Assembly: GCA_951406725.2 (NCBI GenBank)
Contig: OX597823.1
Coordinates: forward strand, 37,200,001-37,264,000
Reading direction: 5' to 3'
Source: Octopus vulgaris
Lineage: Eukaryota
Length of the DNA stretch: 64,000 bases
How positions within the stretch are numbered: position 1 is the stretch's first letter; each line of letters starts with the position of its first letter. Below, piece after piece: positions 23,916 through 38,719 of the stretch. Under the pieces are notes generated by a model. That model was not told where the DNA came from, did no database searches, and saw nothing but the letters and a program-made list of their open reading frames with translations. A program made the position numbers and the translations under genes.

Positions 23916-26174
23916 AATACGCTTGTATATCTCCTACAAAAATAGAATCTCTTTATAGTCTCTAGATTTGTTAGAAATAGCAGCTAAACCTCACTCTCAA
24001 ATCCTGCTGTCTTTAAGAAGTATACATTGGATCATGGGGTTCAGAATGCACTGTGCACGAAGTAAGTCTGGATGGTCACCACTGGAATCCTCTTTCTTAT
24101 ATGTCAACTCAATGAGGATTAAGTAACAATAGCAACGACTTAAATTTTTGCGTAAGCGGAGTATGATGTAATATTTGATGCCGTGGAGATATGATAAATC
24201 TTTCAAGTTTTTAACAAAAGCGCTTGTTGAGGGTTCTTTAAGAATTTAGATTAATTTTGGATAGATAAAAATATTTTGTAATAGAAATGGAATAAGTGTA
24301 TTTAATCCTTGACATTTTGACATTGTGGTATATTGACATAAAGGAATCGTAAATTAGAGAGTTCAAACCCAGAAGAAAAAGAAAAAAGAATTCAAAATGT
24401 TATAAGTAAATGGAACTTCATTTATATAGCATGTTTGGAATAGCTGCCATTTTTGGACGGCATCGAGACTGTCGTAAATGAAACAAACAAAAACAGAACT
24501 AGTATTAGGTTACTTGCAGACATTAGTGGCAGACAAGTTTCAGAGCATTAAAGAATGCTGAACCCTTCTTTCATTTATTTATTTATTTATTTGTTTATTT
24601 ATAAACTGTATCAGAGTATTGCTAGTATCTTTATGATGTTTGAGATACCATTCAGAAGAATGTCAAGATTGAAGGTCCAGACATATTCACGGCTATTTTG
24701 GCATGTGACAGTATGGCCAATCAAACTTGATGTCACATTTCTGACAAGCAAAATTTACGACCAGGTTTCTATTTCCATTTACAACTTTTTCAGACCCTTT
24801 GCATCGCCACTCTCCTTGCAACAGACCGTCATGCATGTCACAAGTTCTCATTCTCCTATCTTCCGATATATGCTCCCATCTTTAAAAAATGGAGAAACTA
24901 TCCAGATATAAAAGTCAAGAAATCGGGAAAGCCAGAACAATACAATTACATTCAGGTCCAATTTTTGTAATGTGAATTAGAGTTAAAATAAAATAAGCCG
25001 ATAAATATATAACCCCGGAACTTATAACCGTCCGCAACATTGATATAGCATAAACATATATCGTATGTCGAATTAGTTTTAGTAAACCAGTAAACACGTA
25101 AAGAAGGAAGGAAACTGTAGGTTCCCAAGACTGGGCTTGGTTGTTCCTATTTGAGAGTAAAATTAGATTAATTGAAATGATGATGATGACGATGACAATG
25201 ACGATGACAATGACGATGACAACGACGACGACAATGATGATGACGATGGTTGTGCCGTCGGAGACGGTGTCAACGTCGTAATCGAAATCCTAAGTGTAGT
25301 AGTAACGTAGTTACAATAACAGCATATACAATGACGGTGATAATGTTAACAATGGTAGTGATGTCGGTGATGGAGATAGTATAAGTATTTTCTGTGTAAC
25401 GTTGGAAATTCTATAAACAAACAGGCTGACGGACAGAGAAAGGAAGGCAGTAGTAAATACGTATAGTTAATGCGGCCATGTGCAGTTAATAATGTGAAAC
25501 TCCCAATCCTGAAACTTGGCGATGTCATCGCTCTCTACAACCTAATAATACTGATATGTAATTTCTTTGGCGTCGTTCAAACGGTTATTATTTTCTCATT
25601 AATGAGAAATAATCTTCTCCATTACACTCACGTATAATATACGCTCGCACGAGCACACATATACAAACATACACGCGCGCACACACACACACACACAACA
25701 CACACACACACACACACACGTGCGTGTATATGTGTGTGCGATTTAGTGGAGAATACATTACCCACCAGTCGCCACGTCACTCAGAAAATATTTTCCACGG
25801 GAGGAAGAAACACAGAATGCAAAGGGTTCCAAGTTGCTCTTTTAGAAGGAAGGAATACAGAGTGCAAGTAGTCATACATTGATACCGAACGGCTGTTGTT
25901 CACTACCAGCGACCTTTTAATTGTGTTCTTGATATGGCTTCGATTATGATAAACGGTTATAGAGCTGATTCCTTTCAGTAATTCAGTAATTCTTAAAATC
26001 CATAACTGTTCCGATTCAATACAGCGCCATCATACATGCTCACACACGCGCACGCACGCACACACACACACACACATACACACACACACATTCAAACATG
26101 TACACAGACGTACATATATCTACACAAACAGAAAACACTATATATTTACACACCTTAATATTTGTCATACATAA

Positions 26175-26275
26175 GGCGGCGAGCTGGCAGAACCGTTAGA
26201 GTCCCGGGGAAAATGTTCTGAGTTTACGTTCTGATCTCAAATTCCGCCGAGGTCGGCTTTGTTTTTCACCACTTT
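26175..26275 (+). mobile_element. SINE family C, 5' part
   Basis: ggcggcgagctggcagaa.cgttag..tcaaattccgccgaggtcggctttg. Confidence 0.8.
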
Positions 26276-26399
26276 GAAGAATTTTTTGTTGACATACATA
26301 CATATACATACACACACACATACACACTACCACCACCACCACTACTACATCACCACACGATCACAAAATGTATGAAAGAAGGTAATTTAAAGTGCAATT

Positions 26400-26810
26400 C
26401 CTTACATTGACTGAGAAGTTTCATCTCGGTGGAAAATCCATTTCGATAATTCTCTGATTCTCTGAGATGCAATTGGTCAATCAATGTGAGAAATTTTATC
26501 GCCAGTTCCCCCCAATAAAAACATAATAGCCAAAGTATCAATGGAATACGATTCATCAGCGAGTGCACGAATCGATTCGTGTGGAGAAAAAGGTCACAAT
26601 TTATGAACTTGTTAAACTGGACTATGCCCACTATGCGTTACCGATTATGTAAAAGATTATGTAAATAGATGTAAAGTAAGTACCTCTGCAGTTGATACCC
26701 GATTTGAAAAAGAGAAAGGTGGAAGTCTGTTCCAATTACCTGGAAGCTTTTGAAACCAATAAAGACAAGTTTTCTTTTTCCAATATGGTGACAGTGGAAG
26801 AAACGCGGGT
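26400..26810 (+). mobile_element. Highly decayed mariner transposase remnant
   Basis: ..NKDKFSFSNMVTVEETRV resembles FLxxIVTGDETWV. Confidence 0.4.
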
Positions 26811-26817
26811 GTGTATG

Positions 26818-26855
<38 letters not shown>

Positions 26856-27856
26856 CAGGGTGCGATGTGTCAATTGTAACCATTTTATATTTTTAATTTC
26901 GCGCATACACATTGTTTTTGATTTTGTCGACTACACAGTATAGTAGGGTCATTTGGGCACCGTCTGTGAGAAAAAACAGCACCATGACGCAATTAACTCT
27001 GCCAGAAATTTTGAAACAACATGCTGTACTGCTTGGCATTCGCGCCGGAAGCTCCAGTACGAACATTTCAGAGTGTTTGGGTGTCAAACTGAGGATAGCA
27101 CAATTTGAGGACATGTACTGAGAGTGATAAATATCAAACATCCAATCAACATCATGGTGTTTGAAGTGATCACTAGTGATGGCAACGTTGTACCTCCATT
27201 CATCTTCTTACGGCATCAGACTCAACACAGAGGCCTACATCAAGTGCCTGGAGGATGTAGTGCTGCCCTGAGTCGGGAGGGTGTCTGCTGGAAGACACTA
27301 TGTCTCACAACAGGACTCTGCACCATGCCACACAAGCAGGAGAACCCAGTCATGGCCGTCAAACAATTTCTGCGACCACATCACCCCTAGCATCTGGCCA
27401 CCTATCTCCCCAAGCTGCAACCCCCTTGATTATTATGTGTAGGGCGCAGTTGAGCGAGAGGCCAACAAAACTTCTTGTAACACCAATGATGAACAGAAGG
27501 CAAGAATTATGGCAATATTCACCAACTTAAACAAGGAGACCGTCCAGAAAAGTTGCAGGAGATTCCGAAGTCGTCTGGAGGCCGTGGTTGAAGCTAATTG
27601 CTATTTTATAGAATGAATTTACTCTTTAGTATTCTTTTATTCTTTTACTTGTTTCAGTCATTTGACTGCGGCCATTATGAAGCACCGCCTTTAGTCGAGC
27701 AAATCGACCCCAGGACTTATTTTTTGTAAGCCTAGTAATTATTCTATCGTTTCTTTTGCCGAACCGCTAAGTTACAGGGATGTACACACACTAGCATCTG
27801 TTGTCAAGCGATGTTGGGGATGGGGGTGCAAACACAGACACACAAACAGATACATG

Positions 27857-27919
<63 letters not shown>

Positions 27920-27930
27920 ATGTATGTATG

Positions 27931-27964
<34 letters not shown>

Positions 27965-28263
27965 TGTATGTATATATATATATATATACGACAGGCTTCT
28001 TTCAGTTTCCGTCTACCAAAACCGCTCACAAAGCTTTGGTCGGTCCGAGTCTATAGTAGAAGACACTTGCTCAAGGTGCCATGCAGTGGGGCTGAACCCG
28101 GAACCATGTGGTTGGAAGCAACTTACCACACACCCACTCCTGCGCCTAACGACCACTTCAATATATGTTTATGTAATTTTGGTAAATATATCAGTTAAAA
28201 TGATATGTCAGTGTCATTTTCATTTTTGCATAATTTCGACGGCAGTTCATTCACCCTACCCTG
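26856..28263 (+). mobile_element. Internally deleted maT/DD37D Tc1-mariner transposon, interrupted by a SINE
   Basis: TA-cagggt...accctg-TA ends; MVFEVITSDGNVVPPFIF, QQDSAPCHTS, WPPISPSCNPLDYYV, RRFRSRLEAVVEA. Confidence 0.85.
27632..28146 (-). mobile_element. SINE family B, full length
   Basis: Same head, internal (TA)/(ATAC) microsatellite and tail as 61344-61797. Confidence 0.9.
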
Positions 28264-28989
28264 TATATAAATATAAACATTGACAACTCCACTTCTTAGA
28301 GTGTACTTCTTCTCCGGATTTATGTTTTCTAAAAACGATATATATATATATATATATATATGTAACGAGATTAGGTAAGTCCACCAGTGTTACAACAATC
28401 ATTTTAATCCTGCAAACTATCCAACTTTGATATTCATTATCCAAAGTGTCAAAGAAAGAGAATTTTGGGGATTAACCCAAACTGTCCGTTCTTCAATAAT
28501 AATTATTTTGATTCAACGAGATAGAGCCATTATGTGGTCAATTTGCACCCAATTTGCCCTCACGCTACTCACATTGCCGTTTTATCATAGAGAAACGATG
28601 CATTGATTAGTCTTTCATACGCTACCTGAGAGGATGAGAATCAGATGGAATAGTCACAGCTGGAATTCCAAGGTACAGAAATCTTGCTCGTCAGGGCAGA
28701 CTTGGAATTAGACATGAAGAATTAATATAATATTTAAATTAAAGAAAACATTATTAATCAATAAAATATGTCGAAGCGGCTGAATATTTCTCTCAATACG
28801 TTGTACCCCTGGGCCGTCTTAAATCATTACTTAAGGAGTTCCAGTCATGCCACTCCATCTTTCGGTCACATTGCATATTATTAAAAGTGTCCTTCCTTCG
28901 TCGATTCGGCAGAGCATGGTTTGAAGGAAATTTGGTTGTTATTTCTTTCACGTAAATGTTTCGTGTTCAACACTAGGCCACAAATATCA

Positions 28990-29150
28990 GGAGGATAAGA
29001 ATGTAGTTGATTTAATAACTCGATTTCATTACTGGTACTTATCGATCCTGACGGGAAGTATGACGAAGTCGATCTCCATCAAGATTCCAATTTAAAAATA
29101 AATAACAAAAATAAACTACCTCAACACATTTAGTCCGGCGCTCTAACGAT
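28990..29150 (-). mobile_element. Degenerate SINE family C-like copy
   Basis: Minus strand gacagaatcgttagagcgccggac..tcgacttcgtc..gatcgataagtaccag. Confidence 0.5.
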
Positions 29151-30019
29151 TCTGTCACTCAACGTAATTATAATATGCTCATATGTATACGTTTGTGCAC
29201 GGTGTGTCTGTATGTGTGCGCGATGTGTTTGTGTGTGTATGCAGATCTGTGCATGTGTGCAGGCGTGTGTTTGTGTGTATGTGTATGTGGTGTGTATGTG
29301 TATGTATATGTGCAGGTATATGTGTATGCAGACGTGTGTGTGTGCGCAGGTGTGCACGGGCTGTGACGTGCGCATGCGTGTGATTGTCTGTGCCTAGATA
29401 AGGACAGATATGTATGTTAGCAACCACTTAGAATAATATTTGATTAAAGGTTATTGAAAGGAGATGAAATAAAAACTAAATGTAATTGGAGAAGACAAAA
29501 TGAAACGTAACTACTTCAATCATATCTTTGAGAAATGAAGGTATCTTTAAATTCCGTCAGCTTATTTTATTGAATTATCTGATCTTGTATGAAGAGGATA
29601 TGTTTAAAGATTGTATAGAGTAACATCCAACGTTTTGCTTAACCTTAAAGAGCCTACATAGTTAATGAGAGCACCAGCAAGATCTTGGTGGAGACAGGTG
29701 ATGTGTGGATGTGTACTTGCTGAGGCGCAACAACTGATGTAAGTTGGTTTTCTGTTGAAACTACATAACAGTACGACATAACGCCCCTTGGTGAGTTATG
29801 ACCTCGAGTTATGTTTTTTTGTAGTATGACATTTATCTTATATAATTTACTTGTTTCAGCCTTTAGACTGCGGCCATGCTGGGGTAACACCTAGAAGAAT
29901 TTTTACCTGAATCAATCGACTTCAGTACTTATTCTATCGGTAGCCCGTAGTATCCGTGGGTATTGGGTTGATCATATTCATGGATTTATTTCTTCAGGCG
30001 ATATAACATTAATGAATAC

Positions 30020-30510
30020 TCACCAGTGCGAAAGTTGGTTGTGTTTATGGTAATGTTGATAGTGCTTTGTGAAGGACCATGTTCTGCCGACAATGTGCGT
30101 ATGCTTGTGCTTGGTTGTAGTTCAACCATTTCAAGCAAGGTTTCATCTTCCATAACAGAATATCTCCATGATTTTCATTTGTTTTCAAAGGTGGTATCAT
30201 CTACCTTGAAACACCTCAACCAGTTTTGCGACATATGTTCATTGATAGTTCCTAGCCCTTCCACGTGATTAATTTCTTTTGCCGCTGTCCTTGCCCTCAC
30301 TCCTTACTTTCACGGGTAGCGTAAAATGCTTTTAATTGAGATTTTTTCACCACTCATTATTTAAGCTGTAAATAAAGAATAAACAATTAATGTTTATATG
30401 CTAGATATGAAATAGAATAAAGAATTCAGTAACGATTGGACAGGTTGCATTAAATCAATAATATAAAACGGTGAGACAAGTTGCCTAATTTCATCAGTGA
30501 AAATCCCCCA
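30020..30510 (-). mobile_element. Mariner N-terminal (HTH) remnant
   Basis: WLRCFKVDDTTFEN..S.R...DETLLEMVELQPSTSIRTLSAEHGPSQSTI resembles WFxRFxxGDxxLED..RSGRP plus HTH2. Confidence 0.55.
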
Positions 30511-30710
30511 AAAACTTAACCTGATATATATATATATATATCACGTTGAGTAAAGTTTTAGAGATGGCGGCGTGATTTTCCGCCCCGACATCCGAAACTC
30601 GGGGTTTTATCATGGCTACCGAATAATTGTCACATATTATATTTACAGATAAATTCCTCTATTTACATAATATCAAGGCCTCTTTCATTCTTTTGTTGTC
30701 TTACCATTTT

Positions 30711-30761
<51 letters not shown>

Positions 30762-30856
30762 TAAACAGTATACATACATACATACACGCATGTATACATA
30801 CATATATGTATATATATATATATATGTGTATGTGTGTATATATATATGTATGTATG

Positions 30857-30906
<50 letters not shown>

Positions 30907-31793
30907 TGTATGTATGTATGTATATACATACATATAATGTGTGCCTCTGTGTGTGTGTCTTATTTCTAGTAATGTAGGTGTTTTTAACACCCTACCCGCA
31001 TTTAGTTACAATTATAGTTTTCTTTTTGGTGAAACATTGCAAACTGTTGTCTATTTTAATTTTATGTATACACATTAGTAATCAGCATACATACATATAT
31101 ACACATATATACATAAATACATACATATATATATATATATAATCATAAATGCATACACATGAATATATTCACATATAAAACTATGTTATGTGTGTGTGTG
31201 TAAATAAGATATTTATGTATATATTTTATATATACGTATATATATATATATACACACATTCATGTATGTATGCCTGTATATATATATGCAATAATATCCC
31301 CACATGCGAATGACAGAACACTTGTCTTGCTAAAGCTGGTCACGGCTAGAGACAAACACGTAAACCAAAGTCAGCAGGTATGATACGAAAAATAAAGAAC
31401 ACAACGACATATTGAATCATATAAGTTTACACTTCAAACGTGGAAACACCGGGGGTTAATGTAATTTTGTGCAATGATTCACATATCTTACACATACACG
31501 ATTCATTTCACCAACGACTTTTAATGTTTATAACACAGAATATCATAATTGTTTTCATTTGTTTATGTGTTGTTTGTTTCTTATATTATTTTATTTTAGA
31601 AGGAAATTTTATTTGTATCTTTGTTGTTGGAAGGAAATAGGAAGTTCCTGTGGGTCTGAATCGTGTTGATCTAGTCGTTATGGAATAGCCAAGACCTCAA
31701 AACGTCATTAGTACGGTATCCCTTTCATAACAGGCCAAATCGGCCAGCACCTGTCCCCATAAATTTTCTTGCTGCTGCCACTCTTAAGTTAAA

Positions 31794-32130
31794 GGCGCAG
31801 GTGTGGATGTGTGGTAAGAAGCTTGCTTCCCAACCACATTGTTCGGGTTCCTGTCCGACTGTTGGGAACCTTGGGTCAATGTATTCTACTACAGCCTCGG
31901 TGCTACAGGATTTCGTTGACGGAAACTGAAATATATATATAACACCTATAAGCTGCGGTTCACTACAGCTATTTTAAACGTGTTCTTTATTAGTGAACAA
32001 AAGTGCTACATCATGCAAAAGAAAAACGTTTTCATCAGGTGAATACAGGTAAGAATTAACAATAAGATGTTCTTCCAAAACAGGACATTGTGCCAGATGA
32101 TTCACCCGACCTGATTTTGGGAAGAGAGTG

Positions 32131-32194
<64 letters not shown>

Positions 32195-32395
32195 TGCCCC
32201 CACCCATCCTTAACAACCGGTATTGGTGTGTTTAAATCCCCGTAACTTGGCTGATCGGCAAAGTAGAGCGGTTGAATAAGTACCGGATATTAAAACAAGA
32301 TAAGCACTGGAATCGATACATTCGACTAAAAATTCTTGAAGGCGGTGCCCCAACACACCCATAGTCTAATGACTGAAACAAGTAAAAGATAGAAG
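31794..32395 (+). mobile_element. SINE family B (head 31794-~31935, tail ~32200-32395, insert between)
   Basis: Head ggcgcagg.gtgg.tgtgtggtaagaagcttgcttccc; tail cgactaaaa..ggcggtgcccc..atgactgaaacaagtaaaaga. Confidence 0.75.
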
Positions 32396-32413
32396 ATATA
32401 GTAATTTTTTGTT

Positions 32414-32497
<84 letters not shown>

Positions 32498-32789
32498 CAT
32501 ACAATACATACGTGTGTATATATATATTGTTTAACGTAAACGGTATATAGTTATGAGCAACTAATAGTGTCATACATTGGAGATATTGTATAGGCAAGTT
32601 TTAATAACACGCTTAATGTCCCTAAGCAGTCATCGGGTTCTGAGCACATGGCCTATGCAAGTTACAAATCAGGGAAATAGAACAAGAGAAATCACTAGAA
32701 AAATGAGAGGAAGGTGGATGCAAAATGTGGAAGGGTGAACAAAACGGGGGGAAATGGAAAAAAGAAACGAATTAAAGTTATGTCTCCTT

Positions 32790-33300
32790 TGACCGTAAAG
32801 CCATAAACTAGTTGTGTAGGACCAACTGAAGGGGTCTAAAGTCTGCGGTACAGGTGCTCAATTCAGAGAGGGTGGTGTTCTCTAATTCGCCAAGAAACTT
32901 GTTGAAAATTTTTGATCTGGAATTGGTGGGATTCTTAGATTTAAAAAGGATATGCGATCTTTCAGCTATGCATAACTTGGATTTTTTTATCAATTAATAT
33001 ATGGCTCGGATTTTACTACGCTTTTCCACTTGATTTTATGTGGCGGGGAGTTGGTCTTCAAATTCCATAAGTAGCTTGCTAACTTAGAGGCTTTACTTTT
33101 GTCCATGTGTGGGAAAGATAGATGGTTAGCATAGCATCTTTCGAAGTCGCATTTGAATAACACGATGTAATTCTTCTTTTCGGTCAGATTATGATACAGC
33201 GTAGCTGTGAGTTCAGCCTCATATACGACGGATTTTATCATGCACGTCTGGTCAAGTGGGCAAGCTCTAGAGTCTCGACAGTTGCTTATCTAAGAGAGAC
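32790..33300 (-). pseudogene. Penelope-like element GIY-YIG endonuclease remnant
   Basis: CRDSRACPLDQTCMIKSVVYEA..NYIV..FERCYANH.SF..SKLASYLWNLK..IKWK..Y..KLCIAERSHI..NSRSKI. Confidence 0.8.
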
Positions 33301-33521
33301 AAGAATCATTTACCTACGTTAGTTTTAACATTTAAGGAGACGCGGAACGAACCAAATTATAAGTGTATTATTAAAACATGTCAAGACAACATCTCCAGCC
33401 TATGAAACTATTAGTAACTTATAACTAAATACTGTATACATTACACAATATTTATCTGTCACCAGATGGAGTACTTTTTGTTTATCTTACCTTAATGGAA
33501 AAGTAAACTATACACACACAT

Positions 33522-33604
<83 letters not shown>

Positions 33605-34322
33605 CACACATACATACATAAATACATACATACACACACACGTATATACATTTATATATATATATATGTGTGTGTGTAAACCAATAGACATTGCCGCTTA
33701 AGAATCTCTAATATATTTAAAATACGAAAACAAGTAGAACGAACCTATATATGAGGATTGTAATTTCTATTAAAATCATTGCTAACGTTATAACTACTAT
33801 TAATTGTATAGTTGGATTTATTATAGTTACTAATGCCATGAGGAGCATTGATAAAGATAGTTTGTTAGCACCCGAGTCATATTTTTGATGCTGCATATAA
33901 TTAACAATATTAAAGTTTTTATATAGTAAAAGCAATCATTGATAGAGTTAACAAGAGACGCTTTTTTCTTTGTGCTAACTACACTGGGAATGTTTCGATG
34001 TTCTAACATATCTACCTACCTAATGATATTCAATATTCTGCTATAGGAGCAAAACATAAGAGAAGAAATAGGGTCTTTATTCATGTATGTATCCACGTTG
34101 CACTTATTTTGGAACAAGTTTCTCAGTTTATACTGGCTAATAGGATCATTGTTAGCAGCCAATTAAGCGTGGTTGAATACGAATGTTTCATAGTGCAATT
34201 ATTAATTTTTTTTTTTTACTTGCAAGAGGGAATGGGGAAATTGCGCTCCCAAGTTTTGAAGAAATTTTTAGCTGAGTACTAAATTTTACAACAGGATGAT
34301 TATATCACAGGATCTCTTTCTT

Positions 34323-34413
<91 letters not shown>

Positions 34414-35599
34414 CTTACGTTATCGACTGTTACTATTAGAGGTTGGATATGGGGGTGCCCACGACATTATATATGGTGTGCTTATAATGTCTGACTATAG
34501 GATATTTCCCCTCTTCCTGCGTGGAAGCTTTAATAGAATATTTATCATTAGAATACTTAAATATGCCTCAAGTGTGGTACTTTTTTAAAATCTTACCTGT
34601 TGTGTGATTTTTAGACATAGGTGCACGGACCTCGGTACTTAACTGACATGTTTTTATAATCAGTATTGGAATAGGAAGTAGAGCGATCATTAACCATATC
34701 CTGCATCTTATTTTAATGCTTATCAACTTGGTGAAGTGATTTGAATTGTCTATTTTCATGTATTTTTGCCGTAGTGGCTGAGTTATTCAATTCTAGAAAA
34801 GATATATTTTCCCTTTATATCCGGTTCTGCTTATATCCTCGTTAAAGTAATTAGTGCTGCTTAAAAATTTCTTCGTTGGCAGATAATTTTGTTATTCTAT
34901 TAGATACAACTTTAATTATAGAATTAATTACGCATTCTGTATTATTAGAATATCTATTTACGTAATTTAAATTCTTATCATATTGATGGAAAGGAGAGAA
35001 AAGACCAGTATTTAACTCCAATGTAACATAAAAAAATTTGCTACCTTGAGGTAATATTCTCTAGAGATATTTCAAGAGCGAAAGTTTCTTAATTTCTTCC
35101 TTAGTCTTTCTTGACCCTGTTCGATTTGCGAATTGACAAAAGTGCGTCGTCGCGAAAGAGACAACCTGAAAGGTTCGGGAGATGATCATAAAGGGAATGC
35201 AAAATGTAAATTCCTTCTAAATCAATTACGTGCGCCGAGTCACTAGACCCCGTATGTCGAAATCGCTTACCCTATTTTTCCCCCGTCCAGAGTTTGTCAT
35301 CAAATTCAATCACTCTGTACGTGGAGCTAAGAATGACGTCCACTTTCATTTCTAGATAAAGATGAACTCGTTATAGCGAAGATTTAAGATTTATTTGCTA
35401 GTATAGCAAAATACTAGAAACATAACTATCAATATCAACTTGTATAAAATTACACTAATGTTTACTCTGAGTCTGCATGAATCAATCTATTACATCAACA
35501 CTATTAGACGACGAGTTAAATTAAAGTATAGAACAAAGAATAGGTATAATACATCAAGGATTTATTTATTCGTATTTGCTTATATTTCCTATGTCGGAC

Positions 35600-36410
35600 T
35601 TTGAGAAGGCAGATGGGTCTTACGAAAGGATTTTCAGTGAATTTACTCTTAAAGTCCTTAAGGTTGAGTTTAGTGGGTGTTCACTTGGAAAGATTCTGTT
35701 TTGTCTTCAAGATCTAACTTCCAAGTTGATTTGACCAAATGCTGTTCTAGAAGTAGTTTTATAGCTCCTGTGTAGTTCTTTCAGTACTAATTTCCAACCT
35801 TCCTCTGCTTTTAAGTTATAGGGATTGCCGGTGTTTCCAGCGTGGATGAGAAGTTCAGAGAACTTTTTAGTTATTTGATTAAATAAGTAAGTTACTTTAA
35901 TTGTGTTTTATGCCTGAACGGATTCTTCCTGGATTTAATCTTTTAATCATGAATAAATAAATATGGATAGATGTGTTTTGCAACTTTTGTTAAGCACACA
36001 GTAATTCTACAGCCACCTTATAGAGGATAAATATTGGATACATTAGTTATACTTAGTTACATGTCCCTATTCATGAACAATCTGCAGTTGGAGCCGTCTG
36101 GGGGAGCAAATATCTATACTATCATTTTTATCAGTGTTTGTCGTATATTGCTTCGTTATCGTCTGGTTTGTACTGCATACTAGATGGTGATCTACAGATT
36201 TCTGGTTTCGTGATTGTTTACACTCAATTAAATTTATTAGTTCTGTTTAGATTAGCTAGGAAGTAATAGTTTTCATGGCCGCACTTTGAAATTAACTCTG
36301 TCTCACTTAATAAGATGTCTAGTATTCTGATAAGGATAAAGCACTTCTCGTCATCGTAGATGCCATTGTGAGTTGCAAAAAATGTGTATCTGTGACTGAA
36401 GCTCAATAAA
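35600..36410 (-). mobile_element. Penelope-like element 3' end (endonuclease C-terminus + probable pLTR)
   Basis: DEKCFIL..LLSETELISKCGHENYYFLAN matches the EKxxI..LNxRxELxSKCRHxNK motif; left boundary uncertain. Confidence 0.55.
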
Positions 36411-36804
36411 ACCAGTTAATATATACATACCATTCGTGGTAAACTCTTGAGCTGGTCCGTGATACTCATCTTCGATGTATCTTAGACTGTCATTGATCAC
36501 ATCTTAGGTTTTCAATGAAATATATGGACGATAGTATTAACACCAGTAACAAACAAATGTTAATACAATAATTAATTGGTTTCTATGTTTAATGTGACTC
36601 ATCTATGTTCTATCCTTTTTAGATTCTATGATTAAGTTCCTGGCAAAACAAGTAGTATACATGAATATATGAATATATATATGTATGTATGTATATGTCC
36701 GCAGGTATGCATATATTTGTATATGTGTGTGTGTTTATGAGCGTATGTGTTTCTAAACATTCATGAATATCTGTGTGTTCATAAATGTGTGTGTGGGGTG
36801 GGGT

Positions 36805-37147
36805 AATAATAACAATAATCCTTGGATGGCACCTATAAGCATTTAATGCATCGCTACGCGTGTTTTCACAAATCACATGCCTCTTAAGATCACAGTCCGT
36901 ATTCCTGGGATAATTATAGTGTTGTCCGTATATCCGTGGGCATTGGGTAGATCATCTTCATGGATTCATTCCTTCAAGCGATATAACATTGAAGATGATC
37001 GACCCGATGCCCACGGATACTACGGACTACATTGTAATCATCTGAAGAATACGGACTGTGATCTTAAGAGACATGTGATTTGTGGAAACACGCGAAGCGA
37101 TGCAGAAAATGCTTATAAATTTCATCGAAAGATTATCTTTATTATTA
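36805..37147. mobile_element. Fold-back MITE (~155-bp imperfect arms, ~29-bp spacer)
   Basis: cacaaatcacatgcctcttaagatcacagtccgtattc vs gaatacggactgtgatcttaagagacatgtgatttgtg; central fragment also at ~29940-30025. Confidence 0.85.
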
Positions 37148-37290
37148 TTTTATTTACCCTACATTATATCAGTACAGCTCGATGCAACTAAAAAACTGGT
37201 TCCCCACTCAACATCATTAAACTGTGGTCGGCATAATGGAATAGGGTCTTTATTTGCATATTCTAAACGTTTACCGTAAACAAATTCAAA

Positions 37291-37354
<64 letters not shown>

Positions 37355-37500
37355 TGTGTTCGCTAAAATAAATGCCTAACTTTTTAAAAAAATAAATACT
37401 GGGATCGATTCATTTGACCAAAATTCTTGAAGGTGATGCCCCTGCAAGGCCGCAACATAATGACTGAAACAAATAAAAATAAAAGATGCATTCATACAAC

Positions 37501-37538
<38 letters not shown>

Positions 37539-37690
37539 GCACACACACATACACACACACACACATACATACATTATTTTAAAAAACAAACACACACATA
37601 CACACACGTACATACATACATACATACATACATACATACATACATACATACATACATACATACATACATACATACATACATACATACATA

Positions 37691-38312
37691 AAAAGGAGTA
37701 CAGATAGAATGTTCCAGTGAAGACCTCAATAAAATGTAAGCACAACAGACTTGATGTAATGATTTGGAAGAGAGAAAATTCGCTGCTCAGCGGATGTTAA
37801 CATAAGGTTGAAGATCAGTGAAAAAGAGAACACCTATGCTGAACTATTGAGAAATTTGCAGTTACTCTATCCAAATTACAAGTTCGGGTTTATACCTGTA
37901 ATTATTGGGCCCTCGAATATGTAACACACTGCCTTAATACTAATCTTGAGAAATTAGGCTTCTGAAAGCCAGAAAGGAGAAAGCTAATTCGAAGACTACA
38001 GATCCAATCCATCACTGGAACTGTAAAAGTCTGTAAAACTTTCGAGAGGTTTATCATTTAAATATATATGAACATGTCTAGATATGTAACAATATGCGTG
38101 AGAATACATACATAAAGCAAAACATACAAATCTGCATGCATACATACATACATACATACATACATACATACATACATACATACATACATACATACATACA
38201 TACATACATACTCTGTTGATGTTGAAATTCCAATGAAAGAACCTTGGATCTAGGTTAGAAACCGGCTCTTTCTCTATTGGCAAGAAATCTTGATATGAAA
38301 CTGAATAATGTC
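37691..38312 (+). mobile_element. 5'-truncated RLE-LINE, same family as 2548-7500
   Basis: ccagtgaagacctcaataaaatgtaagcacaacag.., shared 3' end, internal (ATAC)n and identical-type 3'UTR; flanked by (ATAC)n. Confidence 0.88.
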
Positions 38313-38660
38313 ATACATACATGATGGATGAATAAAGAAGAAGAAGAAGAAGAAGAAGAAGAAGAAGAAGAAGAAGAAGAAGAAGAAGAAGAAGAAGAAG
38401 AAGAAGAAGATCATCATCATCATCGTCGTAAAGACGAGTAAATTGTAGTAGTGGAAATATAATCAATGGGGTGAGATTTGTGACATTACAGTTGGTAATG
38501 GCTGTGATATAGACATAATAAATAAGGTAATAGTGGTGGTGGTGGTGGTGGTGGTGGTTTTTGTTGCGGATATACGACGATTGTGGTTAATTACTTATGC
38601 TTTGATGATGATGGAATGATGGTTTGGCAGTATACATATATACATACATACATACATACA

Positions 38661-38696
<36 letters not shown>

Positions 38697-38719
38697 TATA
38701 TACATACGAGGGGTACATA

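Noticed and set aside
24500-24910. Possible hAT transposase remnant on the minus strand
   Set aside because: Only vague similarity; no convincing motif.
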